DNA of 64,000 nucleotides from the human T2T-CHM13v2.0 reference genome, Homo sapiens, in NCBI RefSeq assembly GCF_009914755.1, contig NC_060937.1; one strand, 5' to 3'. The notes under the pieces are model-generated. The model was not told the DNA's origin and ran no database searches. It worked only from the letters and a program-made list of their open reading frames with translations. Made by a program: the position numbers and the translations under genes. This document shows, piece after piece, positions 27,159-39,800 of the stretch; the first letter of the stretch is position 1, and each line of letters opens with the position of its first letter.

Positions 27159-27838
27159 GTGTTTCAAACCTGCTCTATGAAAGGGAATCTTCAACTCTAT
27201 GAGTTGAATGCAGACATCAGAAAGAAATTTCTGAGAATGCCGCTGTCTACCTTTTATTTGAACTCCCGCTTCCAACGAAATCCTCCAAGCTATCCAAATA
27301 TCCACTTGCATTTTCCACAAAAAGAGTGCTTCAAAACTGCTCTATCAATAGAAATGTTCAACTCCTTTAGCTGGGTGCACACATCACAAACAAGTTTCTG
27401 AGAATGCTTCTGTCTAGTTTTTATGGGAAGACATTCCCTTTTTCACCAAAGGCATCAAAGCGCTCCAAATGTCCACTTCCAGACACTACAAAAAGAGTGT
27501 TTCCAACGTGCTCTAAGAAAGCGAATGTTCAACTCTGTGACTTGAATGCAGATATCACAAAGTAGTTTCTGAGAGGGCTTCTGTCCAGATTTTAGATGAT
27601 GATATTCCCGTTTCCAACGAAATCATTAGAGCTATCCAAATATCCACTTACAGTTTCTACAAAAAGAGTGTTTCCAAACTGCTGCATCAAAAGAGAGGTT
27701 CCACTCTGTTAGCTGAGTACACACATCACAAACTTGTTTCTCAGAATCCTTCTGTCTCGTTTTTCTGGGAAGATATTTACTTTTTCACCGTAGGCATCAA
27801 AGCGCTCCAAATGTCCACATCCAGATACTCCAGAAAGA
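27159..27838 (-). repeat. Example 4-monomer block, haplotype 4c (680 bp); 4 copies at 27159, 43303, 45173, 48401
   Basis: Carries the 4b substitutions without the 2-bp deletion, plus private ATGCCGCTG and CTGTCCAGAT (XbaI lost). Confidence 0.93.
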
Positions 27839-30800
27839 GTGTTTCAAACCTGCTCTATGAAAGGGAATCTTCAACTCTATGAGTTGAATGCAGACATCAG
27901 AAAGAAATTTCTGAGAATGCTGCTGTCTACCTTTTATTTGAATTCCCGCTTCCAACGAAATCCTCCAAGCTATCCAAATATCCACTTGCAGATTCCACAA
28001 AAAGAGTGTTTCAAAACTGCTCTCTATCAATGGCAAAGTTCAACTCTGTTAGTTGAGGACACATATCACCAACAAGTTTCTGAGAATGCTTCTGTCTATT
28101 TTTTATGGGAAGATATTTCCTTTTTCACCGTAGGCGTCAAGGCGATCGAAATGTCCACTTCCACAAACTACAAAAAGAGTGTTTCAAACCTGCTCTATGA
28201 AAGGCCATGTTCATCTCTATGAGTCGAATGGAAATATCCGAAAGAAATTTCTGGGAATGCTGCTGTCTAGTTTTTATACGAATTCCCGCTTCCAACGAAA
28301 TCCTCAAAGCAATCCAAATATCCACTTGCAGAATCCACAAAAAGAGTGTTTCAAAACTGCTCTATCAATAGAAAGGTTCAACTCTTTTAGTTGAGTACAC
28401 ACATCACAAACAAGTTTCTGAGAATGCTTCTGTCTGGCTTTTATTGGAAGACGTTTCCTTTTCACCAAAGGCATCAAAGCGCTCCAAATGTCCACTTCCA
28501 GATTCTTCCAAAAGAGTGTTTGAAACGTGCTCAAAGTAAGGGAATGTTCAACTCTGTGACTTGAATGCAGATATCACCAAGTAGTTTCTAATAGTGCTTC
28601 TGTCTAGATTTTAGATGATGATATTCCCGTTTCCAACGAAATCGTTAGAGCTATCCAAATATCCACTTACAGTTTCTACAAAAAGAGTGTTTCCAAACTG
28701 CTGCATCAAAAGAAAGGTTCAACTCTGTTAGTTGAGGACACACATCACAAAGAAGTTTGTGAGAATGCTTCTGTCTAGATTTTGTATGACCATATTCCCT
28801 TTTCCAGCGATATCATTAAAGCAATCTAAATATCCATTTGCAGAATCCACAAAAATAGAGTTTCAAAGCTGCTCTGTAAAAAGAAAGGTTCCACTCTGTT
28901 AGCTGAGTACACACATCACAAACTTGTTTCTGAGAATCCTTCTGTCTCGTTTTTATGGGAAGATATTTACTTTTTCACCGTAGGCATCAAAGCGCTCCAA
29001 ATGTCCACATCCAGATACTCCAGAAAGAGTGTTTCAAACCTGCTCTATGAAAGGGAATCTTCAACTCTATGAGTTGAATGCAGACATCAGAAAGAAATTT
29101 CTGAGAATGCTGCTGTCTACCTTTTATTTGAACTCCCGCTTCCAACGAAATCCTCCAAGCTATCCAAATATCCACTTGCATTTTCCACAAAAAGAGTGCT
29201 TCAAAACTGCTCTATCAATAAATGTTCAACTCCTTTAGCTGGGTGCACACATCACAAACAAGTTTCTGCGAATGCTTCTGTCTAGTTTTTATGGGAAGAC
29301 ATTCCCTTTTTCACCAAAGGCATCAAAGCGCTCCAAATGTCCACTTCCAGACACTACAAAAAGAGTGTTTCCAACGTGCTCTAAGAAAGCGAATGTTCAA
29401 CTCTGTGACTTGAATGCAGATATCACAAAGTAGTTTCTGAGAGGGCTTCTGTCTAGATTTTAGATGATGATATTCCCGTTTCCAACGAAATCATTAGAGC
29501 TATCCAAATATCCACTTACAGTTTCTACAAAAAGAGTGTTTCCAAACTGCTGCATCAAAAGAGAGGTTCCACTCTGTTAGCTGAGTACACACATCACAAA
29601 CTTGTTTCTCAGAATCCTTCTGTCTCGTTTTTCTGGGAAGATATTTACTTTTTCACCGTAGGCATCAAAGCGCTCCAAATGTCCACATCCAGATACTCCA
29701 GAAAGAGTGTTTCAAACCTGCTCTATGAAAGGGAATCTTCAACTCTATGAGTTGAATGCAGACATCAGAAAGAAATTTCTGAGAATGCTGCTGTCTACCT
29801 TTTATTTGAATTCCCGCTTCCAACGAAATCCTCCAAGCTATCCAAATATCCACTTGCAGATTCCACAAAAAGAGTGTTTCAAAACTGCTCTCTATCAATG
29901 GCAAAGTTCAACTCTGTTAGTTGAGGACACATATCACCAACAAGTTTCTGAGAATGCTTCTGTCTATTTTTTATGGGAAGATATTTCCTTTTTCACCGTA
30001 GGCGTCAAGGCGATCGAAATGTCCACTTCCACAAACTACAAAAAGAGTGTTTCAAACCTGCTCTATGAAAGGCCATGTTCATCTCTATGAGTCGAATGGA
30101 AATATCCGAAAGAAATTTCTGGGAATGCTGCTGTCTAGTTTTTATACGAATTCCCGCTTCCAACGAAATCCTCAAAGCAATCCAAATATCCACTTGCAGA
30201 ATCCACAAAAAGAGTGTTTCAAAACTGCTCTATCAATAGAAAGGTTCAACTCTTTTAGTTGAGTACACACATCACAAACAAGTTTCTGAGAATGCTTCTG
30301 TCTGGCTTTTATTGGAAGACGTTTCCTTTTCACCAAAGGCATCAAAGCGCTCCAAATGTCCACTTCCAGATTCTTCCAAAAGAGTGTTTGAAACGTGCTC
30401 AAAGTAAGGGAATGTTCAACTCTGTGACTTGAATGCAGATATCACCAAGTAGTTTCTAATAGTGCTTCTGTCTAGATTTTAGATGATGATATTCCCGTTT
30501 CCAACGAAATCGTTAGAGCTATCCAAATATCCACTTACAGTTTCTACAAAAAGAGTGTTTCCAAACTGCTGCATCAAAAGAAAGGTTCAACTCTGTTAGT
30601 TGAGGACACACATCACAAAGAAGTTTGTGAGAATGCTTCTGTCTAGATTTTGTATGACCATATTCCCTTTTCCAGCGATATCATTAAAGCAATCTAAATA
30701 TCCATTTGCAGAATCCACAAAAATAGAGTTTCAAAGCTGCTCTGTAAAAAGAAAGGTTCCACTCTGTTAGCTGAGTACACACATCACAAACTTGTTTCTC

Positions 30801-33800
30801 AGAATCCTTCTGTCTCGTTTTTATGGGAAGATATTTACTTTTTCACCGTAGGCATCAAAGCGCTCCAAATGTCCACATCCAGATACTCCAGAAAGAGTGT
30901 TTCAAACCTGCTCTATGAAAGGGAATCTTCAACTCTATGAGTTGAATGCAGACATCAGAAAGAAATTTCTGAGAATGCTGCTGTCTACCTTTTATTTGAA
31001 TTCCCGCTTCCAACGAAATCCTCCAAGCTATCCAAATATCCACCTGCATTTTCCACAAAAAGAGCGTTTCAAAACTGCTCTATCAATAGAAATGTTCAAC
31101 TCCTTTGGCTGGGTACACACATCACAAACAAGTTTCTGAGAATGCTTCTGTCTAGTTTTTATGGGAAGACATTCCCTTTTTCACCAAAGGCATCAAAGCG
31201 CTCCAAATGTCCACTTCCAGACACTACAAAAAGAGTGTTTCCAACGTGCTCTAAGAAAGCGAATGTTCAACTCTGTGACTTGAATGCAGATATCACAAAG
31301 TAGTTTCTGAGAGGGCTTCTGTCTAGATTTTAGATGATGATATTCCCGTTTCCAACGAAATCATTAGAGCTATCCAAATATCCACTTACAGTTTCTACAA
31401 AAAGAGTGTTTCCAAACTGCTGCATCAAAAGAGAGGTTCCACTCTGTTAGCTGAGTACACACATCACAAACTTGTTTCTCAGAATCCTTCTGTCTCGTTT
31501 TTCTGGGAAGATATTTACTTTTTCACCGTAGGCATCAAAGCGCTCCAAATGTCCACATCCAGATACTCCAGAAAGAGTGTTTCAAACCTGCTCTATGAAA
31601 GGGAATCTTCAACTCTATGAGTTGAATGCAGACATCAGAAAGAAATTTCTGAGAATGCTGCTGTCTACCTTTTATTTGAATTCCCGCTTCCAACGAAATC
31701 CTCCAAGCTATCCAAATATCCACTTGCAGATTCCACACAAAGAGTGTTTTAAAACTGCTCTCTATCAATGGCAAAGTTCAACTCTGTTAGTTGAGGACAC
31801 ATATCACCAACAAGTTTCTGAGAATGCTTCTGTCTATTTTTTATGGGAAGATAATTCCTTTTTCACCGTAGGCGTCAAGGCGATCAAAATGTCCACTTCC
31901 ACAAACTACAAAAAGAGTGTTTCAAACCTGCTCTATGAAAGGCCATGTTCATCTCTATGAGTCGAATGGAAATATCCGAAAGAAATTTCTGGGAATGCTG
32001 CTGTCTAGTTTTTATACGAATTCCCGCTTCCAACGAAATCCTCAAAGCAATCCAAATATCCACTTGCAGAATCCACAAAAAGAGTGTTTCAAAACTGCTC
32101 TATCAATAGAAAGGTTCAACTCTTTTAGTTGAGTACACACATCACAAACAAGTTTCTGAGAATGCTTCTGTCTGGCTTTTATTGGAAGACGTTTCCTTTT
32201 CACCAAAGGCATCAAAGCGCTCCAAATGTCCACTTCCAGATTCTTCCAAAAGAGTGTTTGAAACGTGCTCAAAGTAAGGGAATGTTCAACTCTGTGACTT
32301 GAATGCAGATATCACCAAGTAGTTTCTAATAGTGCTTCTGTCTAGATTTTAGATGATGATATTCCCGTTTCCAACGAAATCGTTAGAGCTATCCAAATAT
32401 CCACTTACAGTTGCTACAAAAACAGTGTTTCCAAACTGCTGCATCAAAAGAAAGGTTCAACTCTGTTAGTTGAGGACACACGTCACAAAGAAGTTTGTGA
32501 GAATGCTTCTGTCTAGATTTTGTATGACGATATTCCCTTTTCCAACGATATCGTTAAAGCAATCTAAATATCCATTTGCAGAATCCACAAAAATAGAGTT
32601 TCAAAGCTGCTCTGTAAAAAGAAAGGTTCCACTCTGTTAGCTGAGTACACACATCACAAACTTGTTTCTGAGAATCCTTCTGTGTCGTTTTTCTGGGAAG
32701 ATATTTACTTTTTCACCGTAGGCATCAAAGCGCTCCAAATGTCCACATCCAGATACTCCAGAAAGAGTGTTTCAAACCTGCTCTATGAAAGGGAATCTTC
32801 AACTCTATGAGTTGAATGCAGACATCAGAAAGAAATTTCTGAGAATGCTGCTGTCTACCTTTTATTTGAATTCCCGCTTCCAACGAAATCCTCCAAGCTA
32901 TCCAAATATCCACTTGCAGATTCCACAAAAAGAGTGTTTCAAAACTGCTCTCTATCAATGGCAAAGTTCAACTCTGTTAGTTGAGGACACATATCACCAA
33001 CAAGTTTCTGAGAATGCTTCTGTCTATTTTTTATGGGAAGATATTTCCTTTTTCACCGTAGGCGTCAAGGCGATCGAAATGTCCACTTCCACAAACTACA
33101 AAAAGAGTGTTTCAAACCTGCTCTATGAAAGGCCATGTTCATCTCTATGAGTCGAATGGAAATATCCGAAAGAAATTTCTGGGAATGCTGCTGTCTAGTT
33201 TTTATACGAATTCCCGCTTCCAACGAAATCCTCAAAGCAATCCAAATATCCACTTGCAGAATCCACAAAAAGAGTGTTTCAAAACTGCTCTATCAATAGA
33301 AAGGTTCAACTCTTTTAGTTGAGTACACACATCACAAACAAGTTTCTGAGAATGCTTCTGTCTGGCTTTTATTGGAAGACGTTTCCTTTTCACCAAAGGC
33401 ATCAAAGCGCTCCAAATGTCCACTTCCAGATTCTTCCAAAAGAGTGTTTGAAACGTGCTCAAAGTAAGGGAATGTTCAACTCTGTGACTTGAATGCAGAT
33501 ATCACCAAGTAGTTTCTAATAGTGCTTCTGTCTAGATTTTAGATGATGATATTCCCGTTTCCAACGAAATCGTTAGAGCTATCCAAATATCCACTTACAG
33601 TTTCTACAAAAAGAGTGTTTCCAAACTGCTGCATCAAAAGAAAGGTTCAACTCTGTTAGTTGAGGACACACATCACAAAGAAGTTTGTGAGAATGCTTCT
33701 GTCTAGATTTTGTATGACCATATTCCCTTTTCCAGCGATATCATTAAAGCAATCTAAATATCCATTTGCAGAATCCACAAAAATAGAGTTTCAAAGCTGC

Positions 33801-36800
33801 TCTGTAAAAAGAAAGGTTCCACTCTGTTAGCTGAGTACACACATCACAAACTTGTTTCTGAGAATCCTTCTGTCTCGTTTTTATGGGAAGATATTTACTT
33901 TTTCACCGTAGGCATCAAAGCGCTCCAAATGTCCACATCCAGATACTCCAGAAAGAGTGTTTCAAACCTGCTCTATGAAAGGGAATCTTCAACTCTATGA
34001 GTTGAATGCAGACATCAGAAAGAAATTTCTGAGAATGCTGCTGTCTACCTTTTATTTGAACTCCCGCTTCCAACGAAATCCTCCAAGCTATCCAAATATC
34101 CACTTGCATTTTCCACAAAAAGAGTGCTTCAAAACTGCTCTATCAATAAATGTTCAACTCCTTTAGCTGGGTGCACACATCACAAACAAGTTTCTGAGAA
34201 TGCTTCTGTCTAGTTTTTATGGGAAGACATTCCCTTTTTCACCAAAGGCATCAAAGCGCTCCAAATGTCCACTTCCAGACACTACAAAAAGAGTGTTTCC
34301 AACGTGCTCTAAGAAAGCGAATGTTCAACTCTGTGACTTGAATGCAGATATCACAAAGTAGTTTCTGAGAGGGCTTCTGTCTAGATTTTAGATGATGATA
34401 TTCCCGTTTCCAACGAAATCATTAGAGCTATCCAAATATCCACTTACAGTTTCTACAAAAAGAGTGTTTCCAAACTGCTGCATCAAAAGAGAGGTTCCAC
34501 TCTGTTAGCTGAGTACACACATCACAAACTTGTTTCTCAGAATCCTTCTGTCTCGTTTTTCTGGGAAGATATTTACTTTTTCACCGTAGGCATCAAAGCG
34601 CTCCAAATGTCCACATCCAGATACTCCAGAAAGAGTGTTTCAAACCTGCTCTATGAAAGGGAATCTTCAACTCTATGAGTTGAATGCAGACATCAGAAAG
34701 AAATTTCTGAGAATGCTGCTGTCTACCTTTTATTTGAATTCCCGCTTCCAACGAAATCCTCCAAGCTATCCAAATATCCACTTGCAGATTCCACAAAAAG
34801 AGTGTTTCAAAACTGCTCTCTATCAATGGCAAAGTTCAACTCTGTTAGTTGAGGACACATATCACCAACAAGTTTCTGAGAATGCTTCTGTCTATTTTTT
34901 ATGGGAAGATATTTCCTTTTTCACCGTAGGCGTCAAGGCGATCGAAATGTCCACTTCCACAAACTACAAAAAGAGTGTTTCAAACCTGCTCTATGAAAGG
35001 CCATGTTCATCTCTATGAGTCGAATGGAAATATCCGAAAGAAATTTCTGGGAATGCTGCTGTCTAGTTTTTATACGAATTCCCGCTTCCAACGAAATCCT
35101 CAAAGCAATCCAAATATCCACTTGCAGAATCCACAAAAAGAGTGTTTCAAAACTGCTCTATCAATAGAAAGGTTCAACTCTTTTAGTTGAGTACACACAT
35201 CACAAACAAGTTTCTGAGAATGCTTCTGTCTGGCTTTTATTGGAAGACGTTTCCTTTTCACCAAAGGCATCAAAGCGCTCCAAATGTCCACTTCCAGATT
35301 CTTCCAAAAGAGTGTTTGAAACGTGCTCAAAGTAAGGGAATGTTCAACTCTGTGACTTGAATGCAGATATCACCAAGTAGTTTCTAATAGTGCTTCTGTC
35401 TAGATTTTAGATGATGATATTCCCGTTTCCAACGAAATCGTTAGAGCTATCCAAATATCCACTTACAGTTTCTACAAAAAGAGTGTTTCCAAACTGCTGC
35501 ATCAAAAGAAAGGTTCAACTCTGTTAGTTGAGGACACACATCACAAAGAAGTTTGTGAGAATGCTTCTGTCTAGATTTTGTATGACCATATTCCCTTTTC
35601 CAGCGATATCATTAAAGCAATCTAAATATCCATTTGCAGAATCCACAAAAATAGAGTTTCAAAGCTGCTCTGTAAAAAGAAAGGTTCCACTCTGTTAGCT
35701 GAGTACACACATCACAAACTTGTTTCTCAGAATCCTTCTGTCTCGTTTTTATGGGAAGATATTTACTTTTTCACCGTAGGCATCAAAGCGCTCCAAATGT
35801 CCACATCCAGATACTCCAGAAAGAGTGTTTCAAACCTGCTCTATGAAAGGGAATCTTCAACTCTATGAGTTGAATGCAGACATCAGAAAGAAATTTCTGA
35901 GAATGCTGCTGTCTACCTTTTATTTGAATTCCCGCTTCCAACGAAATCCTCCAAGCTATCCAAATATCCACCTGCATTTTCCACAAAAAGAGCGTTTCAA
36001 AACTGCTCTATCAATAGAAATGTTCAACTCCTTTGGCTGGGTACACACATCACAAACAAGTTTCTGAGAATGCTTCTGTCTAGTTTTTATGGGAAGACAT
36101 TCCCTTTTTCACCAAAGGCATCAAAGCGCTCCAAATGTCCACTTCCAGACACTACAAAAAGAGTGTTTCCAACGTGCTCTAAGAAAGCGAATGTTCAACT
36201 CTGTGACTTGAATGCAGATATCACAAAGTAGTTTCTGAGAGGGCTTCTGTCTAGATTTTAGATGATGATATTCCCGTTTCCAACGAAATCATTAGAGCTA
36301 TCCAAATATCCACTTACAGTTTCTACAAAAAGAGTGTTTCCAAACTGCTGCATCAAAAGAGAGGTTCCACTCTGTTAGCTGAGTACACACATCACAAACT
36401 TGTTTCTCAGAATCCTTCTGTCTCGTTTTTCTGGGAAGATATTTACTTTTTCACCGTAGGCATCAAAGCGCTCCAAATGTCCACATCCAGATACTCCAGA
36501 AAGAGTGTTTCAAACCTGCTCTATGAAAGGGAATCTTCAACTCTATGAGTTGAATGCAGACATCAGAAAGAAATTTCTGAGAATGCTGCTGTCTACCTTT
36601 TATTTGAATTCCCGCTTCCAACGAAATCCTCCAAGCTATCCAAATATCCACTTGCAGATTCCACACAAAGAGTGTTTTAAAACTGCTCTCTATCAATGGC
36701 AAAGTTCAACTCTGTTAGTTGAGGACACATATCACCAACAAGTTTCTGAGAATGCTTCTGTCTATTTTTTATGGGAAGATAATTCCTTTTTCACCGTAGG

Positions 36801-39800
36801 CGTCAAGGCGATCAAAATGTCCACTTCCACAAACTACAAAAAGAGTGTTTCAAACCTGCTCTATGAAAGGCCATGTTCATCTCTATGAGTCGAATGGAAA
36901 TATCCGAAAGAAATTTCTGGGAATGCTGCTGTCTAGTTTTTATACGAATTCCCGCTTCCAACGAAATCCTCAAAGCAATCCAAATATCCACTTGCAGAAT
37001 CCACAAAAAGAGTGTTTCAAAACTGCTCTATCAATAGAAAGGTTCAACTCTTTTAGTTGAGTACACACATCACAAACAAGTTTCTGAGAATGCTTCTGTC
37101 TGGCTTTTATTGGAAGACGTTTCCTTTTCACCAAAGGCATCAAAGCGCTCCAAATGTCCACTTCCAGATTCTTCCAAAAGAGTGTTTGAAACGTGCTCAA
37201 AGTAAGGGAATGTTCAACTCTGTGACTTGAATGCAGATATCACCAAGTAGTTTCTAATAGTGCTTCTGTCTAGATTTTAGATGATGATATTCCCGTTTCC
37301 AACGAAATCGTTAGAGCTATCCAAATATCCACTTACAGTTGCTACAAAAACAGTGTTTCCAAACTGCTGCATCAAAAGAAAGGTTCAACTCTGTTAGTTG
37401 AGGACACACGTCACAAAGAAGTTTGTGAGAATGCTTCTGTCTAGATTTTGTATGACGATATTCCCTTTTCCAACGATATCGTTAAAGCAATCTAAATATC
37501 CATTTGCAGAATCCACAAAAATAGAGTTTCAAAGCTGCTCTGTAAAAAGAAAGGTTCCACTCTGTTAGCTGAGTACACACATCACAAACTTGTTTCTGAG
37601 AATCCTTCTGTGTCGTTTTTCTGGGAAGATATTTACTTTTTCACCGTAGGCATCAAAGCGCTCCAAATGTCCACATCCAGATACTCCAGAAAGAGTGTTT
37701 CAAACCTGCTCTATGAAAGGGAATCTTCAACTCTATGAGTTGAATGCAGACATCAGAAAGAAATTTCTGAGAATGCTGCTGTCTACCTTTTATTTGAATT
37801 CCCGCTTCCAACGAAATCCTCCAAGCTATCCAAATATCCACTTGCAGATTCCACAAAAAGAGTGTTTCAAAACTGCTCTCTATCAATGGCAAAGTTCAAC
37901 TCTGTTAGTTGAGGACACATATCACCAACAAGTTTCTGAGAATGCTTCTGTCTATTTTTTATGGGAAGATATTTCCTTTTTCACCGTAGGCGTCAAGGCG
38001 ATCGAAATGTCCACTTCCACAAACTACAAAAAGAGTGTTTCAAACCTGCTCTATGAAAGGCCATGTTCATCTCTATGAGTCGAATGGAAATATCCGAAAG
38101 AAATTTCTGGGAATGCTGCTGTCTAGTTTTTATACGAATTCCCGCTTCCAACGAAATCCTCAAAGCAATCCAAATATCCACTTGCAGAATCCACAAAAAG
38201 AGTGTTTCAAAACTGCTCTATCAATAGAAAGGTTCAACTCTTTTAGTTGAGTACACACATCACAAACAAGTTTCTGAGAATGCTTCTGTCTGGCTTTTAT
38301 TGGAAGACGTTTCCTTTTCACCAAAGGCATCAAAGCGCTCCAAATGTCCACTTCCAGATTCTTCCAAAAGAGTGTTTGAAACGTGCTCAAAGTAAGGGAA
38401 TGTTCAACTCTGTGACTTGAATGCAGATATCACCAAGTAGTTTCTAATAGTGCTTCTGTCTAGATTTTAGATGATGATATTCCCGTTTCCAACGAAATCG
38501 TTAGAGCTATCCAAATATCCACTTACAGTTTCTACAAAAAGAGTGTTTCCAAACTGCTGCATCAAAAGAAAGGTTCAACTCTGTTAGTTGAGGACACACA
38601 TCACAAAGAAGTTTGTGAGAATGCTTCTGTCTAGATTTTGTATGACCATATTCCCTTTTCCAGCGATATCATTAAAGCAATCTAAATATCCATTTGCAGA
38701 ATCCACAAAAATAGAGTTTCAAAGCTGCTCTGTAAAAAGAAAGGTTCCACTCTGTTAGCTGAGTACACACATCACAAACTTGTTTCTCAGAATCCTTCTG
38801 TCTCGTTTTTATGGGAAGATATTTACTTTTTCACCGTAGGCATCAAAGCGCTCCAAATGTCCACATCCAGATACTCCAGAAAGAGTGTTTCAAACCTGCT
38901 CTATGAAAGGGAATCTTCAACTCTATGAGTTGAATGCAGACATCAGAAAGAAATTTCTGAGAATGCTGCTGTCTACCTTTTATTTGAACTCCCGCTTCCA
39001 ACGAAATCCTCCAAGCTATCCAAATATCCACTTGCATTTTCCACAAAAAGAGTGCTTCAAAACTGCTCTATCAATAAATGTTCAACTCCTTTAGCTGGGT
39101 GCACACATCACAAACAAGTTTCTGAGAATGCTTCTGTCTAGTTTTTATGGGAAGACATTCCCTTTTTCACCAAAGGCATCAAAGCGCTCCAAATGTCCAC
39201 TTCCAGACACTACAAAAAGAGTGTTTCCAACGTGCTCTAAGAAAGCGAATGTTCAACTCTGTGACTTGAATGCAGATATCACAAAGTAGTTTCTGAGAGG
39301 GCTTCTGTCTAGATTTTAGATGATGATATTCCCGTTTCCAACGAAATCATTAGAGCTATCCAAATATCCACTTACAGTTTCTACAAAAAGAGTGTTTCCA
39401 AACTGCTGCATCAAAAGAGAGGTTCCACTCTGTTAGCTGAGTACACACATCACAAACTTGTTTCTCAGAATCCTTCTGTCTCGTTTTTCTGGGAAGATAT
39501 TTACTTTTTCACCGTAGGCATCAAAGCGCTCCAAATGTCCACATCCAGATACTCCAGAAAGAGTGTTTCAAACCTGCTCTATGAAAGGGAATCTTCAACT
39601 CTATGAGTTGAATGCAGACATCAGAAAGAAATTTCTGAGAATGCTGCTGTCTACCTTTTATTTGAATTCCCGCTTCCAACGAAATCCTCCAAGCTATCCA
39701 AATATCCACTTGCAGATTCCACAAAAAGAGTGTTTCAAAACTGCTCTCTATCAATGGCAAAGTTCAACTCTGTTAGTTGAGGACACATATCACCAACAAG

